This document shows, piece by piece, positions 9,067 to 19,005 of a stretch of 64,000 nt of DNA (position 1 is its first letter; each line of letters starts with the position of its first letter). Under the pieces are notes generated by a model. It made no database searches. It had not been told where the DNA came from and was given only the letters and a program-made list of their open reading frames with translations. Source of the DNA: a candidate division CPR3 bacterium GWF2_35_18 (GTDB taxonomy: Bacteria; Patescibacteriota; CPR3; GWF2-35-18). The translations under genes and the position numbers were made by a program. Location: the NCBI GenBank assembly GCA_001771135.1, contig MESW01000003.1, positions 235,786-299,785 of the forward strand, read 5' to 3'.

Positions 9067-10526
9067 AGACCCTCCTTTAAAGGAATTAATCTGTTTCTAA
9101 TAAAATTGGGAGTAATTTTTTTTAAAATCAACCAGTCTTCTGGATTAAATAATTTAATAATAAAAACTATAATAAAATAAACAATTATATAGGCAGGAAT
9201 TAATATCAGGTTTCTGCCGGTAAAAATTATTAATAAACCCATCATACTGCTTGCAAAAATAATCTTCAAGACTTCTTTCGAAATATCTAATCTAAAGATA
9301 GAATGATTAATATATAAATAACCTAAAATAAAACCAACACTTTCGTTTGCCACTGTAGCAATAGCTGCTCCTTTGATTCCTATCACAGGTATCAAAATCA
9401 GATTAAGGCTAACATTAATCACTAGATTTGCTATTGCTAAGTAAAGATTAATAACAGGGGTTTTTGAAGCATTAATAATTGCACTTGTAATTGCTGAGTT
9501 AAAAAGAGGAATTAAGGCCCAAATTAATATTTGCATTACTACAATAGCCGGAGCAAATTGGTCTCCGTAGAGAAAAAGTATTCCTTTATCAGCAAGTAAT
9601 GTTCCTCCAACAGCTAAAGGAAAAGCAAAAACATTTAACCATTTTAATAGCTGGTTTGTAGATTTAAGTACCAATGGAGAATTTTTATATAGATTTTGGC
9701 TTAAGGTAGGAAAAACCGTAGTCGAAAGTATTTCAGGAATGATTTTAAAAGTTTCCATAATTTTATAAGAAGCTGAATAAAATCCCACGAAAGATAAACC
9801 TAAAAATATCTCAATAAAAATCGTATCTACCCGATAATAAATAATTCCAATGATAGTCATCAAAGCAAAAGGAAAAGTTCCCCGCATGATGTTGATCCAA
9901 TCAACTCTCCCAAAAACAAATCGAATAGAATAGTTCGTCTCTTTACGAAGGGTAAAATGGCAAAACAAAGCTTTGATTATGGAGATGCCAAACATAGTAT
10001 AGACAAGATAAGTTACACCAAAACCATTTAAAACAAGAACGATTCCAATAAGTCCATAAAAAACAGAATCAAAAATTCTTAAGATTCCTTCATATTTCAT
10101 ATTCTCTTTTACACGATAAAGAATGATCCAGTGGCTAGAATATACATTTATTAAGGATGCAAAGTTTAAAACGTTAAATAATACTCTAATCGTTCCATCT
10201 AAAATAAAAATTTGGGTATAAAGGAAAAAAAGAAGCGTAAAAATAAAGTTAACTAAAAAACGCAATGTAAATATTTGAGACTGATAATTATTTACTTTAT
10301 CAATTTCGATTTTGGGAATTTGCCGAATTGTAAAAATATTTAAACCAAAGGTTGAAATACTATCTAATATTGCAATTACAGATGCTGCATAAGCAAGTTT
10401 TCCAAGCTCACCGGAACCTAACTTACGAGCGATAATTATTCCGACTAAAGCCAGTGCAACTTTACCAATTACATTAGTTAATAGTAAAATCGTCGAGTTA
10501 TTAAAAACTCTTTTTGATACGCTCAT
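9063..10526 (-). CDS. Polysaccharide biosynthesis protein / Wzx-type flippase (MOP superfamily)
   Basis: 487 aa with about 12-14 predicted TM helices, in the usual position within a glycan locus. Confidence 0.7.
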   Translation of the reverse strand: MSVSKRVFNNSTILLLTNVIGKVALALVGIIIARKLGSGELGKLAYAASVIAILDSISTFGLNIFTIRQIPKIEIDKVNNYQSQIFTLRFLVNFIFTLLFFLYTQIFILDGTIRVLFNVLNFASLINVYSSHWIILYRVKENMKYEGILRIFDSVFYGLIGIVLVLNGFGVTYLVYTMFGISIIKALFCHFTLRKETNYSIRFVFGRVDWINIMRGTFPFALMTIIGIIYYRVDTIFIEIFLGLSFVGFYSASYKIMETFKIIPEILSTTVFPTLSQNLYKNSPLVLKSTNQLLKWLNVFAFPLAVGGTLLADKGILFLYGDQFAPAIVVMQILIWALIPLFNSAITSAIINASKTPVINLYLAIANLVINVSLNLILIPVIGIKGAAIATVANESVGFILGYLYINHSIFRLDISKEVLKIIFASSMMGLLIIFTGRNLILIPAYIIVYFIIVFIIKLFNPEDWLILKKITPNFIRNRLIPLKEGL

Positions 10527-10548
10527 CTTGAGATTGGATTATATTCTT

Positions 10549-11832
10549 CTATCTTCCGATACCTTTATAAATAATTCTCTTAGTTATGATTTTTTCTTTA
10601 TCGAGCTTATTCATACCATCCGCTATAACTTTGATATTCTTATGTTTGAATATCTTCTCTTCCAAACCTTTGAATTTATCATGCATTGTGCCAAGAATGA
10701 TCGCGGTTGATTTTTGAAGAAGTTCATCTAATGATTTTACGTTGCTGAGCTGAGGAATATACGGATCAAAAACAAGTAAATCAGCTTCGTATGATTTTAG
10801 AATTTTTTGAATAACCAAACACGGACTTTCCCGTAGATCTCCAACATTTGCTTTGTAGCTTAATCCCAATAATCCTATCTTTGTGCCTTTAATTGGCATT
10901 TTAACCTCATTTAGGCCTTCTTGTAATCGAGAAACAAGATATTTTGGCATAGAGTTATTTACTTCACGCGCGGTTTTCAAAAAAAGATGATTGAATCCAC
11001 TTTTTTCCGCGCGATGAATGAGATAATATGGATCAACTGCAATACAATGGCCTCCTACTCCCCGACTTGGAAAGTGAACCATAAAGGAAAAAGGTTTGTT
11101 TGATGCTGCTTTTAAAGTTTCTATAAGATCAATTCCAAGAACATCAAAAGATTGTGCAAGTTCATTCACAAAAGCAATATTTACGTCACGAAATGAATTT
11201 TCAATAATTTTTGAGGCTTCAGCAACCTTAATATTTGAAACTTCATGAATCTCGCCATTCAATATACTTCTATAAAAGTCGGCTACTTCTTTAGTCTTAT
11301 TAGTAGGAATTGCTCCGATATTTCGAGTAATATTATACACATTCCATTTTGGATCTCCCGGATTAATTCTTTCAGGACAAAAAGCCATTGTGTAATCTTT
11401 ACCGGCAACTAAACCTGATACTTCCTTTACAATTGGAATTAATATTTCTTCACATGTTCCAGGATTTACAGTTGATTCAATAACAATCTTATCTCCCTTG
11501 CGTAAATATTTCGCAGCTACTGCCGTGGCATTTTTGATCGGTTCATAGTTTGGAGTATAATCTTCATAAACAGGAGTTGGAACACAAACAATGATAATAT
11601 CACTGTTTTTCATAATATCCGGATTGCTAGAAACATTTAACACATCTAGTTCATATAGATCTTTTGCACACACTTCATCATCGATAGGACATTTCTTCTT
11701 TACAATCTTTTTTATTTTATCGTCAGAACGATTGTAACCAACAGCATCATATTGTTTTTGCTTGGCAATCGCGCACAGAAGTGGTAAGCCAACATAACCT
11801 AAACCGATCACAGATATTTTTTGTTTTTTCAT
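10549..11832 (-). CDS. Nucleotide-sugar dehydrogenase (UDP-glucose/GDP-mannose dehydrogenase family, WbpA/WecC-like)
   Basis: The start is revised to MKKQKISVIGLGYVGLPL (Rossmann GxGxxG), which has an AAGGAAGG RBS. The listed longer ORF overlaps the neighbouring gene. Catalytic-Cys motif GGHCIAVDPYYL. Confidence 0.85.
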   Translation of the reverse strand: MKKQKISVIGLGYVGLPLLCAIAKQKQYDAVGYNRSDDKIKKIVKKKCPIDDEVCAKDLYELDVLNVSSNPDIMKNSDIIIVCVPTPVYEDYTPNYEPIKNATAVAAKYLRKGDKIVIESTVNPGTCEEILIPIVKEVSGLVAGKDYTMAFCPERINPGDPKWNVYNITRNIGAIPTNKTKEVADFYRSILNGEIHEVSNIKVAEASKIIENSFRDVNIAFVNELAQSFDVLGIDLIETLKAASNKPFSFMVHFPSRGVGGHCIAVDPYYLIHRAEKSGFNHLFLKTAREVNNSMPKYLVSRLQEGLNEVKMPIKGTKIGLLGLSYKANVGDLRESPCLVIQKILKSYEADLLVFDPYIPQLSNVKSLDELLQKSTAIILGTMHDKFKGLEEKIFKHKNIKVIADGMNKLDKEKIITKRIIYKGIGR

Positions 11833-11848
11833 AAACCTTCCTTTTGAA

Positions 11849-12802
11849 TTATTTGACTTTCTCTCTCCAGTAATTAAGCAGATCTTCCATGGTTTTGGTA
11901 AATGGGATTTCTGGCTTCCAACCGGTAGCTTTGTTGAATTTGGAATAATCACCGAGTAAAACTTCGACATCAGATGGTCTCATTCTTTTTGGATCCTGTT
12001 TCACTTCAATTTTTACCTTTGACATATCAATTAACATTTTTAACATATCGCGAATGTAGATCGTTGTCCCACTAGCGATATTATAAACCTCTCCCTGCTC
12101 ACATTCTTGGACCGCTAGATAATAACCACGAACCATGTCTCGAACGTCAGTAAAATCCCGTTGCGAATCAGTATTTCCTACAAATAGAACCGGCTTTTGT
12201 TTGCCTACTTCGATCATTGCAACCTGTTTCGCAAAGTTTGAAGTCACAAAAACATCTCCGCGTCGTGGACCAGTGTGATTAAAACCACGGGTGCGGATAA
12301 TTTTCAGACCATAACTTTGATGATACTGATAACCCATATAATCCATCGCCATTTTAGAAACAGCGTATGGTGAAAGCGGTCGTAATTCGTTTTTTTCCGT
12401 TATTGGAGTTTCTTCAGGTTTAACAAGTCCATATTCTTCTGAAGAACAAGCAATCTGAATTACCGGGGTTTGACCTGACTTGCGTATAGCTTCAAAAAGA
12501 TTATTCGATCCCACCACATTAACCTCAAAAGTTGAGGTCGGAGAAATCCATGAAGTAGGCACAAAAGATTGTGCGGCGAGGTGAAAAACCCAATCGAATT
12601 GATGATCTTTGAAAATATTGTTTAGAGAATGAACATCAAGTAAATCTCCTTCAAGTAGATGCACTTTGTGCTCAATATCTTTGATGTGATCCTTTGGTGA
12701 GCGCCAACGATAGAGACCATAAACTTCATGTCCTTCTTTAAGAAGTAATTCGGCAAGATGAGATCCGGCAAAACCGGTTATACCTGTAATAAATGCTTTC
12801 AT
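11849..12802 (-). CDS. GDP-mannose 4,6-dehydratase-family SDR (Gmd-like)
   Basis: Start revised to MKAFITGITGFAGSHLAELLLKEGHEVYG, which overlaps the upstream stop as ATGA and has a GGAAAGGA RBS. Motifs CSSEEYG, YAVSK and GFNHTGPRRG resemble the Gmd TSE, YxxxK and NHESPRRG motifs. Confidence 0.7.
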   Translation of the reverse strand: MKAFITGITGFAGSHLAELLLKEGHEVYGLYRWRSPKDHIKDIEHKVHLLEGDLLDVHSLNNIFKDHQFDWVFHLAAQSFVPTSWISPTSTFEVNVVGSNNLFEAIRKSGQTPVIQIACSSEEYGLVKPEETPITEKNELRPLSPYAVSKMAMDYMGYQYHQSYGLKIIRTRGFNHTGPRRGDVFVTSNFAKQVAMIEVGKQKPVLFVGNTDSQRDFTDVRDMVRGYYLAVQECEQGEVYNIASGTTIYIRDMLKMLIDMSKVKIEVKQDPKRMRPSDVEVLLGDYSKFNKATGWKPEIPFTKTMEDLLNYWREKVK

Positions 12803-13767
12803 TGTTTTCCTTTCCAATAATTAAAAATATCTTCTAAAGTTTTTTCAATTGGGATCTGAGGCTTCCATTTGGTATCTTTATGAAACTTTCCGTAATTACA
12901 GATTGTAACAGGATTATCAACAGCTCTCAACTTCTTTTTATCAATTTCTATCTTAATATTTTCTCCCGAAAATTGAATTAATTTATCTAAAAGCCATCTC
13001 ACCTTATAACCTTTACCTGAACCTAAATTGTAAACGTCTCCAACTTTGCATTTTTCTACTGCTAAAATATATGCTTTAACAATATCTCTAACATCAGTAA
13101 AATCTCTAGTTACATCGAGATTCCCGACAGAAATAATTTTTTCATTTTCATCCTTTGTCTTTGACTTTTCAATAATCTGCTTCGCGAATGAAGGAATCAC
13201 AAATTCCTCAGTTTGACGAGGCCCGGTATGATTGAAAGCACGAATCCTAATAATCTTTAAACCAAATGACTTAAAATAAGTATACGCAGACAAGTCTTGA
13301 GCTACTTTCGAAAATCCATACGGAGAGACTGGATTTAATGCAACTGTTTCGTCAATGTATGAGACAGATTTGGGTGTCACGCCATATTCTTGAGCAGAAC
13401 CGATGATAAGGATTTTAGGATTTAGCTTTTGTTTTCTAACTTCTTCAAAAATATTTAACTGCACTTCTAAATTATTCAAAATAGTTGGGCTTGCTGAATC
13501 TGTAGCATTACGACCAGAAGACAAAGCCGCCAAGTGATAGATGACGTCTGGTTTTGATTCTTTGATGATTTTCTGCACAAAAGATGAATCCCTTAGATTA
13601 CCTTTTAGAATGTTTATCTTTTTAGTCACAGCAGAGTTGATATCTAACCCACTGCTAAAACTCGTTCCAAAGACTTTTAAGTTTTTGTTAGTCAAATCAT
13701 TTTGAAACAGCTCTTCCGCCAAGAATGATCCCACAAAACCGGTAATTCCGGTAATTAAAATGTTCAT
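12799..13767 (-). CDS. Gmd/Rmd-family SDR paralog, possibly a reductase
   Basis: MNILITGITGFVGSFLAEEL, YGFSK and AFNHTGPRQ motifs. GSAQEYG carries Gln where Gmd has its catalytic Glu, which suggests an Rmd-like reductase. This is an inference. Confidence 0.65.
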   Translation of the reverse strand: MNILITGITGFVGSFLAEELFQNDLTNKNLKVFGTSFSSGLDINSAVTKKINILKGNLRDSSFVQKIIKESKPDVIYHLAALSSGRNATDSASPTILNNLEVQLNIFEEVRKQKLNPKILIIGSAQEYGVTPKSVSYIDETVALNPVSPYGFSKVAQDLSAYTYFKSFGLKIIRIRAFNHTGPRQTEEFVIPSFAKQIIEKSKTKDENEKIISVGNLDVTRDFTDVRDIVKAYILAVEKCKVGDVYNLGSGKGYKVRWLLDKLIQFSGENIKIEIDKKKLRAVDNPVTICNYGKFHKDTKWKPQIPIEKTLEDIFNYWKGKQ

Positions 13768-14675
13768 AATTTTAACTCACTATTTTTTTCCTTCGTTTGT
13801 TTTTTTATCTCTTCTAACCCTTGTTTCAATGATAACATCTTTAATCCCAACTCTTTTGCGGTTTTCTCTGTGTTTAGTGAAACATCAAGAGGTGCTTTGG
13901 TTCTTTTTGTCTTTTCTATATATTTTGAATAGGTAATTCCCTTGACTAGACTTTTATCTAGCCCAAATACTTCCGCAACCCCTCGAGCCAGATCTACCCA
14001 ATTGACATAACTTGTATCGGCAAAATGAAAAACTCCTTGTTTTTTATTCTTAATAATTAATCTTATTCCTTCGGCAATTTTATCAATAAAAATTGGTTTC
14101 AAAAACTGATCTTTCACAACCGTAATTTCTTCTTTGTTTTGAAGCTTCGGAATCATCCACCGCACACAATCGTTTTTGAGTGGATAGTTTGCGCGGTAAG
14201 GATAATTGATTCGAATAATGCTATATTTACAACCACCATTTTTAACAATTTCTTCCGCCTGATATTTTGTCTCAGCGTAAAAATTCTGCGGTTCCGGTTT
14301 ATCTTCTTCTTTATAATTACCTCGGTCCCCTTTAAAAACAAAACCGGTCGACATAAAAATAAAATGGCTATTATGACTTTTACTCTCAATAACTAAACTT
14401 CTTGTTCCTTCGACGTTAATTTTCGTAGCTAAGTTATGATCTTTTTCACAAAGCTCTAAATCCGCAATTGCGGCAAGATGTAAAACAATATCTGGATTTT
14501 CTTGAATAAAAACTTCAGAAACCCTATTTTTATCAGTTATGTCTAAAAAGATATTTTTGATTTCCCTATTCTGATGCGAGGTTCTATCTCCACTCACAAT
14601 TTCAAAATCTTGATGTAAAAGCTCAATTATTCTACTGCCGATTAATCCGGAACCTCCGGTAATGAGTAATTTCAT
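13764..14675 (-). CDS. NAD(P)-dependent sugar epimerase/reductase (RmlD- or Fcl/ColC-like SDR)
   Basis: MKLLITGGSGLIGSRI Rossmann motif and a YAETK (YxxxK) motif. 303 aa. Confidence 0.6.
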   Translation of the reverse strand: MKLLITGGSGLIGSRIIELLHQDFEIVSGDRTSHQNREIKNIFLDITDKNRVSEVFIQENPDIVLHLAAIADLELCEKDHNLATKINVEGTRSLVIESKSHNSHFIFMSTGFVFKGDRGNYKEEDKPEPQNFYAETKYQAEEIVKNGGCKYSIIRINYPYRANYPLKNDCVRWMIPKLQNKEEITVVKDQFLKPIFIDKIAEGIRLIIKNKKQGVFHFADTSYVNWVDLARGVAEVFGLDKSLVKGITYSKYIEKTKRTKAPLDVSLNTEKTAKELGLKMLSLKQGLEEIKKQTKEKNSELKL

Positions 14676-14786
14676 AGAATTTAAGTTTAATATTTATTGT
14701 CATCCTAAAATTCATTCAGGATCTTACAATATACAATAACCCCTAGATTCCGGATCAAGTCCGGAATGACAGAAAAAAAGATATCT

Positions 14787-15761
14787 TCATTTATTCTCAC
14801 CAAGCAACTTTTCCCACCAACGGTGGTTTTTGATATACCAGTCGATTGTTTGTTCCATCGCTTCGTTAAAATTCCACTTTGCCTGCCAACCTAATTCTGT
14901 TCTAATTTTTGAAACATCAATTGATCTTCTTTGGGTATGACCAACCGGTTCTTTTACAAAGTCGATAAGATCTTTGGAACGATCCATAATCGTTAAAATA
15001 AGTTCCGTTACTTCCAAAACTGACTTTTCACAAGAAGCACCAATATTATAAACCTGACCATTAGTATTTTTCCCATGCAAAACATAGTCAATAGCTTCTA
15101 CCTGATCTTCAACATAGATCCAATCACGCATATGTTTTCCTTCACCATGAATCGGAAGTTTTTTACCCTCTAAAGCTTGTATAATAAAAAAAGGAATTAA
15201 TTTCGTTGGATATTGATACGGTCCAAAATTATTGGCGCAACGTAAAATAGTTACAGGTGTTTCGTAAGTCAAATAATAAGAATAAGCCAACCTGTCAGAT
15301 CCGGATTTTGAAGCGGCTCCCGGTGTCATTGGATTCAGAGAATCTGTTTCCGTAAAAAGCTTTGCCGCATCCTTTTCAATCACTGAATCTCCATATACCA
15401 CATAGTCAGAAACATGAATCAGTTTTCGAATTTTATCTTTTCTGATAGCCTCAAGTAGATTAAAAGTACCGACAATATCTGTTGTGAGAAAAGATCCATC
15501 ACTATCAAATCTAAGACTCGTTGCAAGATTAATTATAACTTCAGCGTCATTCACAAGGGGTTGAATGATTTTACTATCTCTAATATCACCCTCTACAAAT
15601 TTGTATTTATGGTCACCTACAATCTCTTCCATACTATCCATATCATGCTGGTAAGACAGTTTATCCATATTCACAATTTCGTATCCTGGATATTTTTTAA
15701 AAAGATATTTGATTAAATGTTTTCCGATAAAACCGGAACCACCGATAATTAAAAGTTTCAT
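14787..15761 (-). CDS. RmlB-like (dTDP-glucose 4,6-dehydratase family) paralog that has lost the catalytic residues
   Basis: Collinear similarity to the adjacent RmlB across most of its length (NNFGPY, GKKLPIHGEGKHMRDWIYVED). However, YSASK is replaced by GAASK and TDEVFG by SDYVVYG. Confidence 0.7.
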   Translation of the reverse strand: MKLLIIGGSGFIGKHLIKYLFKKYPGYEIVNMDKLSYQHDMDSMEEIVGDHKYKFVEGDIRDSKIIQPLVNDAEVIINLATSLRFDSDGSFLTTDIVGTFNLLEAIRKDKIRKLIHVSDYVVYGDSVIEKDAAKLFTETDSLNPMTPGAASKSGSDRLAYSYYLTYETPVTILRCANNFGPYQYPTKLIPFFIIQALEGKKLPIHGEGKHMRDWIYVEDQVEAIDYVLHGKNTNGQVYNIGASCEKSVLEVTELILTIMDRSKDLIDFVKEPVGHTQRRSIDVSKIRTELGWQAKWNFNEAMEQTIDWYIKNHRWWEKLLGENK

Positions 15762-15764
15762 AGA

Positions 15765-16772
15765 TTATCTTCCATATTGTTTTTGATAATATTTTTGATA
15801 CTCACCGGATTTTATATTCATCCACCAAGTACGATTATCTTTATACCAACTGATAGTTTTTTCTAAATAAGTATCAAAATCATGTAAAGGCTTATAACCT
15901 AATTCTTTCGCAGCCTTGGAATGATCTAGGCCATATCTACGATCATGTCCGGGACGGTCTTTGACAAACTCAATTTTATCTTCCTTTTCTTCCATTATTT
16001 CTAGGATTTTTTTTACGACTTCAAGATTACTTTTTTCACTATCACCACCAATACAATAGGTCTCACCAAATTTACCTTTTTGCAAAATAAGATCAATGGC
16101 TCGACAATGATCTTCAACATATAACCAATCGCGGACATTTTTTCCATCACCGTAAACCGGAACTTTTTTCCCTTCGAGTAAATTCGTAATCGTAAGTGGG
16201 ATAAATTTTTCCGGAAAATGATAGGGACCGTAATTATTTGAGGTGTTGCTAATCGTTACCGGTAAAGAATAAGTCTTGTAATAAGCACGAACTAAACAAT
16301 CAGAACCAGCTTTACTGGCAGAATAAGGTGAATTTGGCCGAAACGGTGAATCCTCATTGAATCTATCCTGAGTATTTAATTCTAAAGATCCGAAAACCTC
16401 ATCAGTGGAAATGTGATGAAAATGTTTAATATTATGCTTCAAAGCTGATTCCAATAAGACGTTCGTTCCTAAAACATTAGTTTTCACAAAAACCGTAGGA
16501 TCCATGATAGAACGATCCACATGAGTCTCCGCCGCAAAGTGAACGATTTTGTCTACTCCAACAAGTATCCTGTCTACAAAATTAACATCCGTGATATCAC
16601 CTTTTACAAATTGATAACGCGGATTTTTTTCAAGAAATTTCAGGTTTTCCAGATTCCCACAATAAGTTAATTTATCAAGATTAAGAATCTCATCTTCGGG
16701 ATGATTTTTGAGATAGTAGTGAATAAAATTGGAACCGATAAATCCAGCTCCACCGGTAACAAGTAGCTTCAT
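15765..16772 (-). CDS. rmlB: dTDP-glucose 4,6-dehydratase
   Basis: GGAGFIGSN, HISTDEVFG and PYSASK motifs, plus NNYGPYHFPEKFIPL...GDGKNVRDWLYVEDH. Classic RfbB/RmlB. Confidence 0.9.
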   Translation of the reverse strand: MKLLVTGGAGFIGSNFIHYYLKNHPEDEILNLDKLTYCGNLENLKFLEKNPRYQFVKGDITDVNFVDRILVGVDKIVHFAAETHVDRSIMDPTVFVKTNVLGTNVLLESALKHNIKHFHHISTDEVFGSLELNTQDRFNEDSPFRPNSPYSASKAGSDCLVRAYYKTYSLPVTISNTSNNYGPYHFPEKFIPLTITNLLEGKKVPVYGDGKNVRDWLYVEDHCRAIDLILQKGKFGETYCIGGDSEKSNLEVVKKILEIMEEKEDKIEFVKDRPGHDRRYGLDHSKAAKELGYKPLHDFDTYLEKTISWYKDNRTWWMNIKSGEYQKYYQKQYGR

Positions 16773-17206
16773 TATTTTACAACTCCTTGAATTAATTCTT
16801 CCTCCGAATATTCAACCTGCTCATCTTTAAGGCTCGGATCGTAAGCCGGATCTGGATAATTCACAAGCCAGGCAACTTCGTTACCGATATTTAGTAAACC
16901 GGTTGCGATATTTTTAGGAATAAATAGGCGTTGCGGATTCTCTGCATCCAATATGTGTTCTTCCTTTTCCGCTGTACCTGGTTTATATAAAGTAATCTTC
17001 ATCTTACCTTTCAGACAAACATATCGAGCCGCTCGCACCCGATGCAGATGATAACCTTTAAACATTCCCGGATTAGTTGCCGCTAGATAAACCTCCGTTT
17101 TTGTATCACTAATATCTTTAAACAATTCTATTAAAAATCCATTATCTTGTCCGGAATGATCTTTTGTTCCTACTTTTTTTGCTGATTCGATTTTTGCTAG
17201 AGCCAT
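16772..17206 (-). CDS. Cupin-fold sugar-nucleotide isomerase/epimerase: FdtA/QdtA/WxcM-like 3,4-ketoisomerase or a short RmlC-like protein
   Basis: 144 aa. KGYHLHR resembles the WxcM/FdtA RGxHAHK motif rather than RmlC RGLHFQ. Too short for a canonical RmlC. Confidence 0.5.
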   Translation of the reverse strand: MALAKIESAKKVGTKDHSGQDNGFLIELFKDISDTKTEVYLAATNPGMFKGYHLHRVRAARYVCLKGKMKITLYKPGTAEKEEHILDAENPQRLFIPKNIATGLLNIGNEVAWLVNYPDPAYDPSLKDEQVEYSEEELIQGVVK

Positions 17207-17239
17207 AAGAAATTAATCCTTTCATCTATAACTAAAATT

Positions 17240-18016
17240 TTATTCTCGATTTCTATATAAATTCATTAAATCTTTCTTTTCATTTTCTCCCATCAACTCC
17301 TTGGCAACAAGAATATTCGCACGCATAAGTTCTTCGAAAGAAGACCCGGCATCCACCCACCAATCTTTGAGAACTTCACAGGTAAGCGTTCCTTGTTTCA
17401 GATAAAAATTGTTAAGATCGGTAACTTCCATTTCTCCCCGTGCCGAAGGATTTTGTTTCTCAATAAAATCAAAAACCTGACTATCATACATATAAATTCC
17501 AGTTTGGGCTAGGTCTGATTTTGGATATTGAGGTTTTTCCTCTATAGAAATAACTTTTCCCTTTTTATCGAGTTCAATCACGCCATAATGCTTACACTCG
17601 GTTGGCATTCTTTTGGCAACAACCTTCGCTCCTTTTTTCTGCCTGTCAAAATCTACAACCGCTTTACTTAAGTTATAACTAAAAATATTATCACCCAAAA
17701 TAACTACAATTTTTTCATTATCGGCAAAACTCTTTGATAATCCGATCGCCTGTGCAATTCCACCTTTGGGATTATCCTGAACCTCGTATGATATTTTGAC
17801 TCCAAAATTATCTATTTTTTTTAAAAGAGTGATGAATTGACCAACATGTTCCGGATTGGTGGTAATCAAAATTTCTTTGATACCGGCTTGGACTAAAGAT
17901 TCCAAGGGATAAAAAATCATCGGTTTATTATAGATCGGAAGTAAATGTTTATTCGTCACCCAAGTTAAAGGACGAAGTCGAGTGGCCATTCCTCCAGCAA
18001 GAATTACACCTTTCAT
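17240..18016 (-). CDS. Sugar-1-phosphate nucleotidyltransferase (RmlA/ManC-like)
   Basis: MKGVILAGGMATRLRPLT nucleotidyltransferase signature. 258 aa. Confidence 0.8.
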   Translation of the reverse strand: MKGVILAGGMATRLRPLTWVTNKHLLPIYNKPMIFYPLESLVQAGIKEILITTNPEHVGQFITLLKKIDNFGVKISYEVQDNPKGGIAQAIGLSKSFADNEKIVVILGDNIFSYNLSKAVVDFDRQKKGAKVVAKRMPTECKHYGVIELDKKGKVISIEEKPQYPKSDLAQTGIYMYDSQVFDFIEKQNPSARGEMEVTDLNNFYLKQGTLTCEVLKDWWVDAGSSFEELMRANILVAKELMGENEKKDLMNLYRNRE

Positions 18017-18064
18017 TATGATTCCTCCATAGATTTATTACTTTAATTTTTCTTTATTCTTCCG

Positions 18065-18997
18065 TCAAATATGTTTATCTTTCATCCAAACATGTTTATA
18101 CCAATTAACGGTTTTTTTGATTCCTTCTTCAAGCGAAACTGCAGCTTTCCATCCTAATTCTTTCTTGATCTTAGAAACATCGGCAATCGTTGTGATTTGA
18201 TCGCCAGGACGTGGACCAAGATCATCTATCTGATATTCTTTCCCAACTGCTTTTCCAATTAAATCTAATAATTTATCAATTCTGGTTCCTTTTTCTGTTC
18301 CAATATTATAGACGTGAAAACCTGTCTGCGTAAGTGGAGACACATGAGCATGAGCGATATCTTCCACAAACACAAAATCGCGAACACATTCGCCCTTCCA
18401 ATAAAGAGGGACTTTTTTCCCCTTCATAATTGATTTGATAAAATTGGGAAAAACATGTGATTCTTCATGTTTCTTCATCCACGGACCATATGCATTGAAA
18501 TAACGTAAAATTGTGGGATGAAAACCATAGCATTTATGATAAGTAAAAAGCATATCTTCAAACATTAATTTGGTCGCCCCATAAGGATTACCCGTAAACT
18601 TCGGAGCATCTTCTTTTATAGGAACAGGTACGTTTTCAGCATAAACAGCAGCCGTCGAGGAAAAAATAATTTTCTTAACTCCGGAAAGTCTCATTTCCTC
18701 AAGAAGGTTAATTCCATTTACCACATTGTTTTCAAAATATTTATCCGGGTGCTTTACCGATTCCGAGACTTCGATTAAAGCTGCCATATGAATAACCACA
18801 TCAATTCCTTTTAAGGATTTTTGGATCGCTGCTCTATCCTTAAGATCGGCCACAATTAATGTTGCTCTTTTGTCTACAGTTTCGGAGAAACCTTCGGAGA
18901 GATTGTCAAAAACCACTACCTGATGTTTCAGATCACATAAAAGTTTGACGATACTTGAACCAATAAAACCGGCACCGCCGGTAACTAAAATTTTCAT
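18065..18997 (-). CDS. NAD-dependent epimerase (UDP-glucose 4-epimerase GalE-like)
   Basis: MKILVTGGAGFIGSSIV and YGATK motifs. Confidence 0.8.
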   Translation of the reverse strand: MKILVTGGAGFIGSSIVKLLCDLKHQVVVFDNLSEGFSETVDKRATLIVADLKDRAAIQKSLKGIDVVIHMAALIEVSESVKHPDKYFENNVVNGINLLEEMRLSGVKKIIFSSTAAVYAENVPVPIKEDAPKFTGNPYGATKLMFEDMLFTYHKCYGFHPTILRYFNAYGPWMKKHEESHVFPNFIKSIMKGKKVPLYWKGECVRDFVFVEDIAHAHVSPLTQTGFHVYNIGTEKGTRIDKLLDLIGKAVGKEYQIDDLGPRPGDQITTIADVSKIKKELGWKAAVSLEEGIKKTVNWYKHVWMKDKHI

Positions 18998-19005
18998 AAT
19001 TTGAG

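Noticed and set aside
14676-14786. Intergenic hairpins (ATTCCGGA-tcaag-TCCGGAAT) as a terminator between two co-directional SDR genes
   Set aside because: No U-run follows on the transcribed strand. It could be a processing or regulatory site but is not confidently a terminator.
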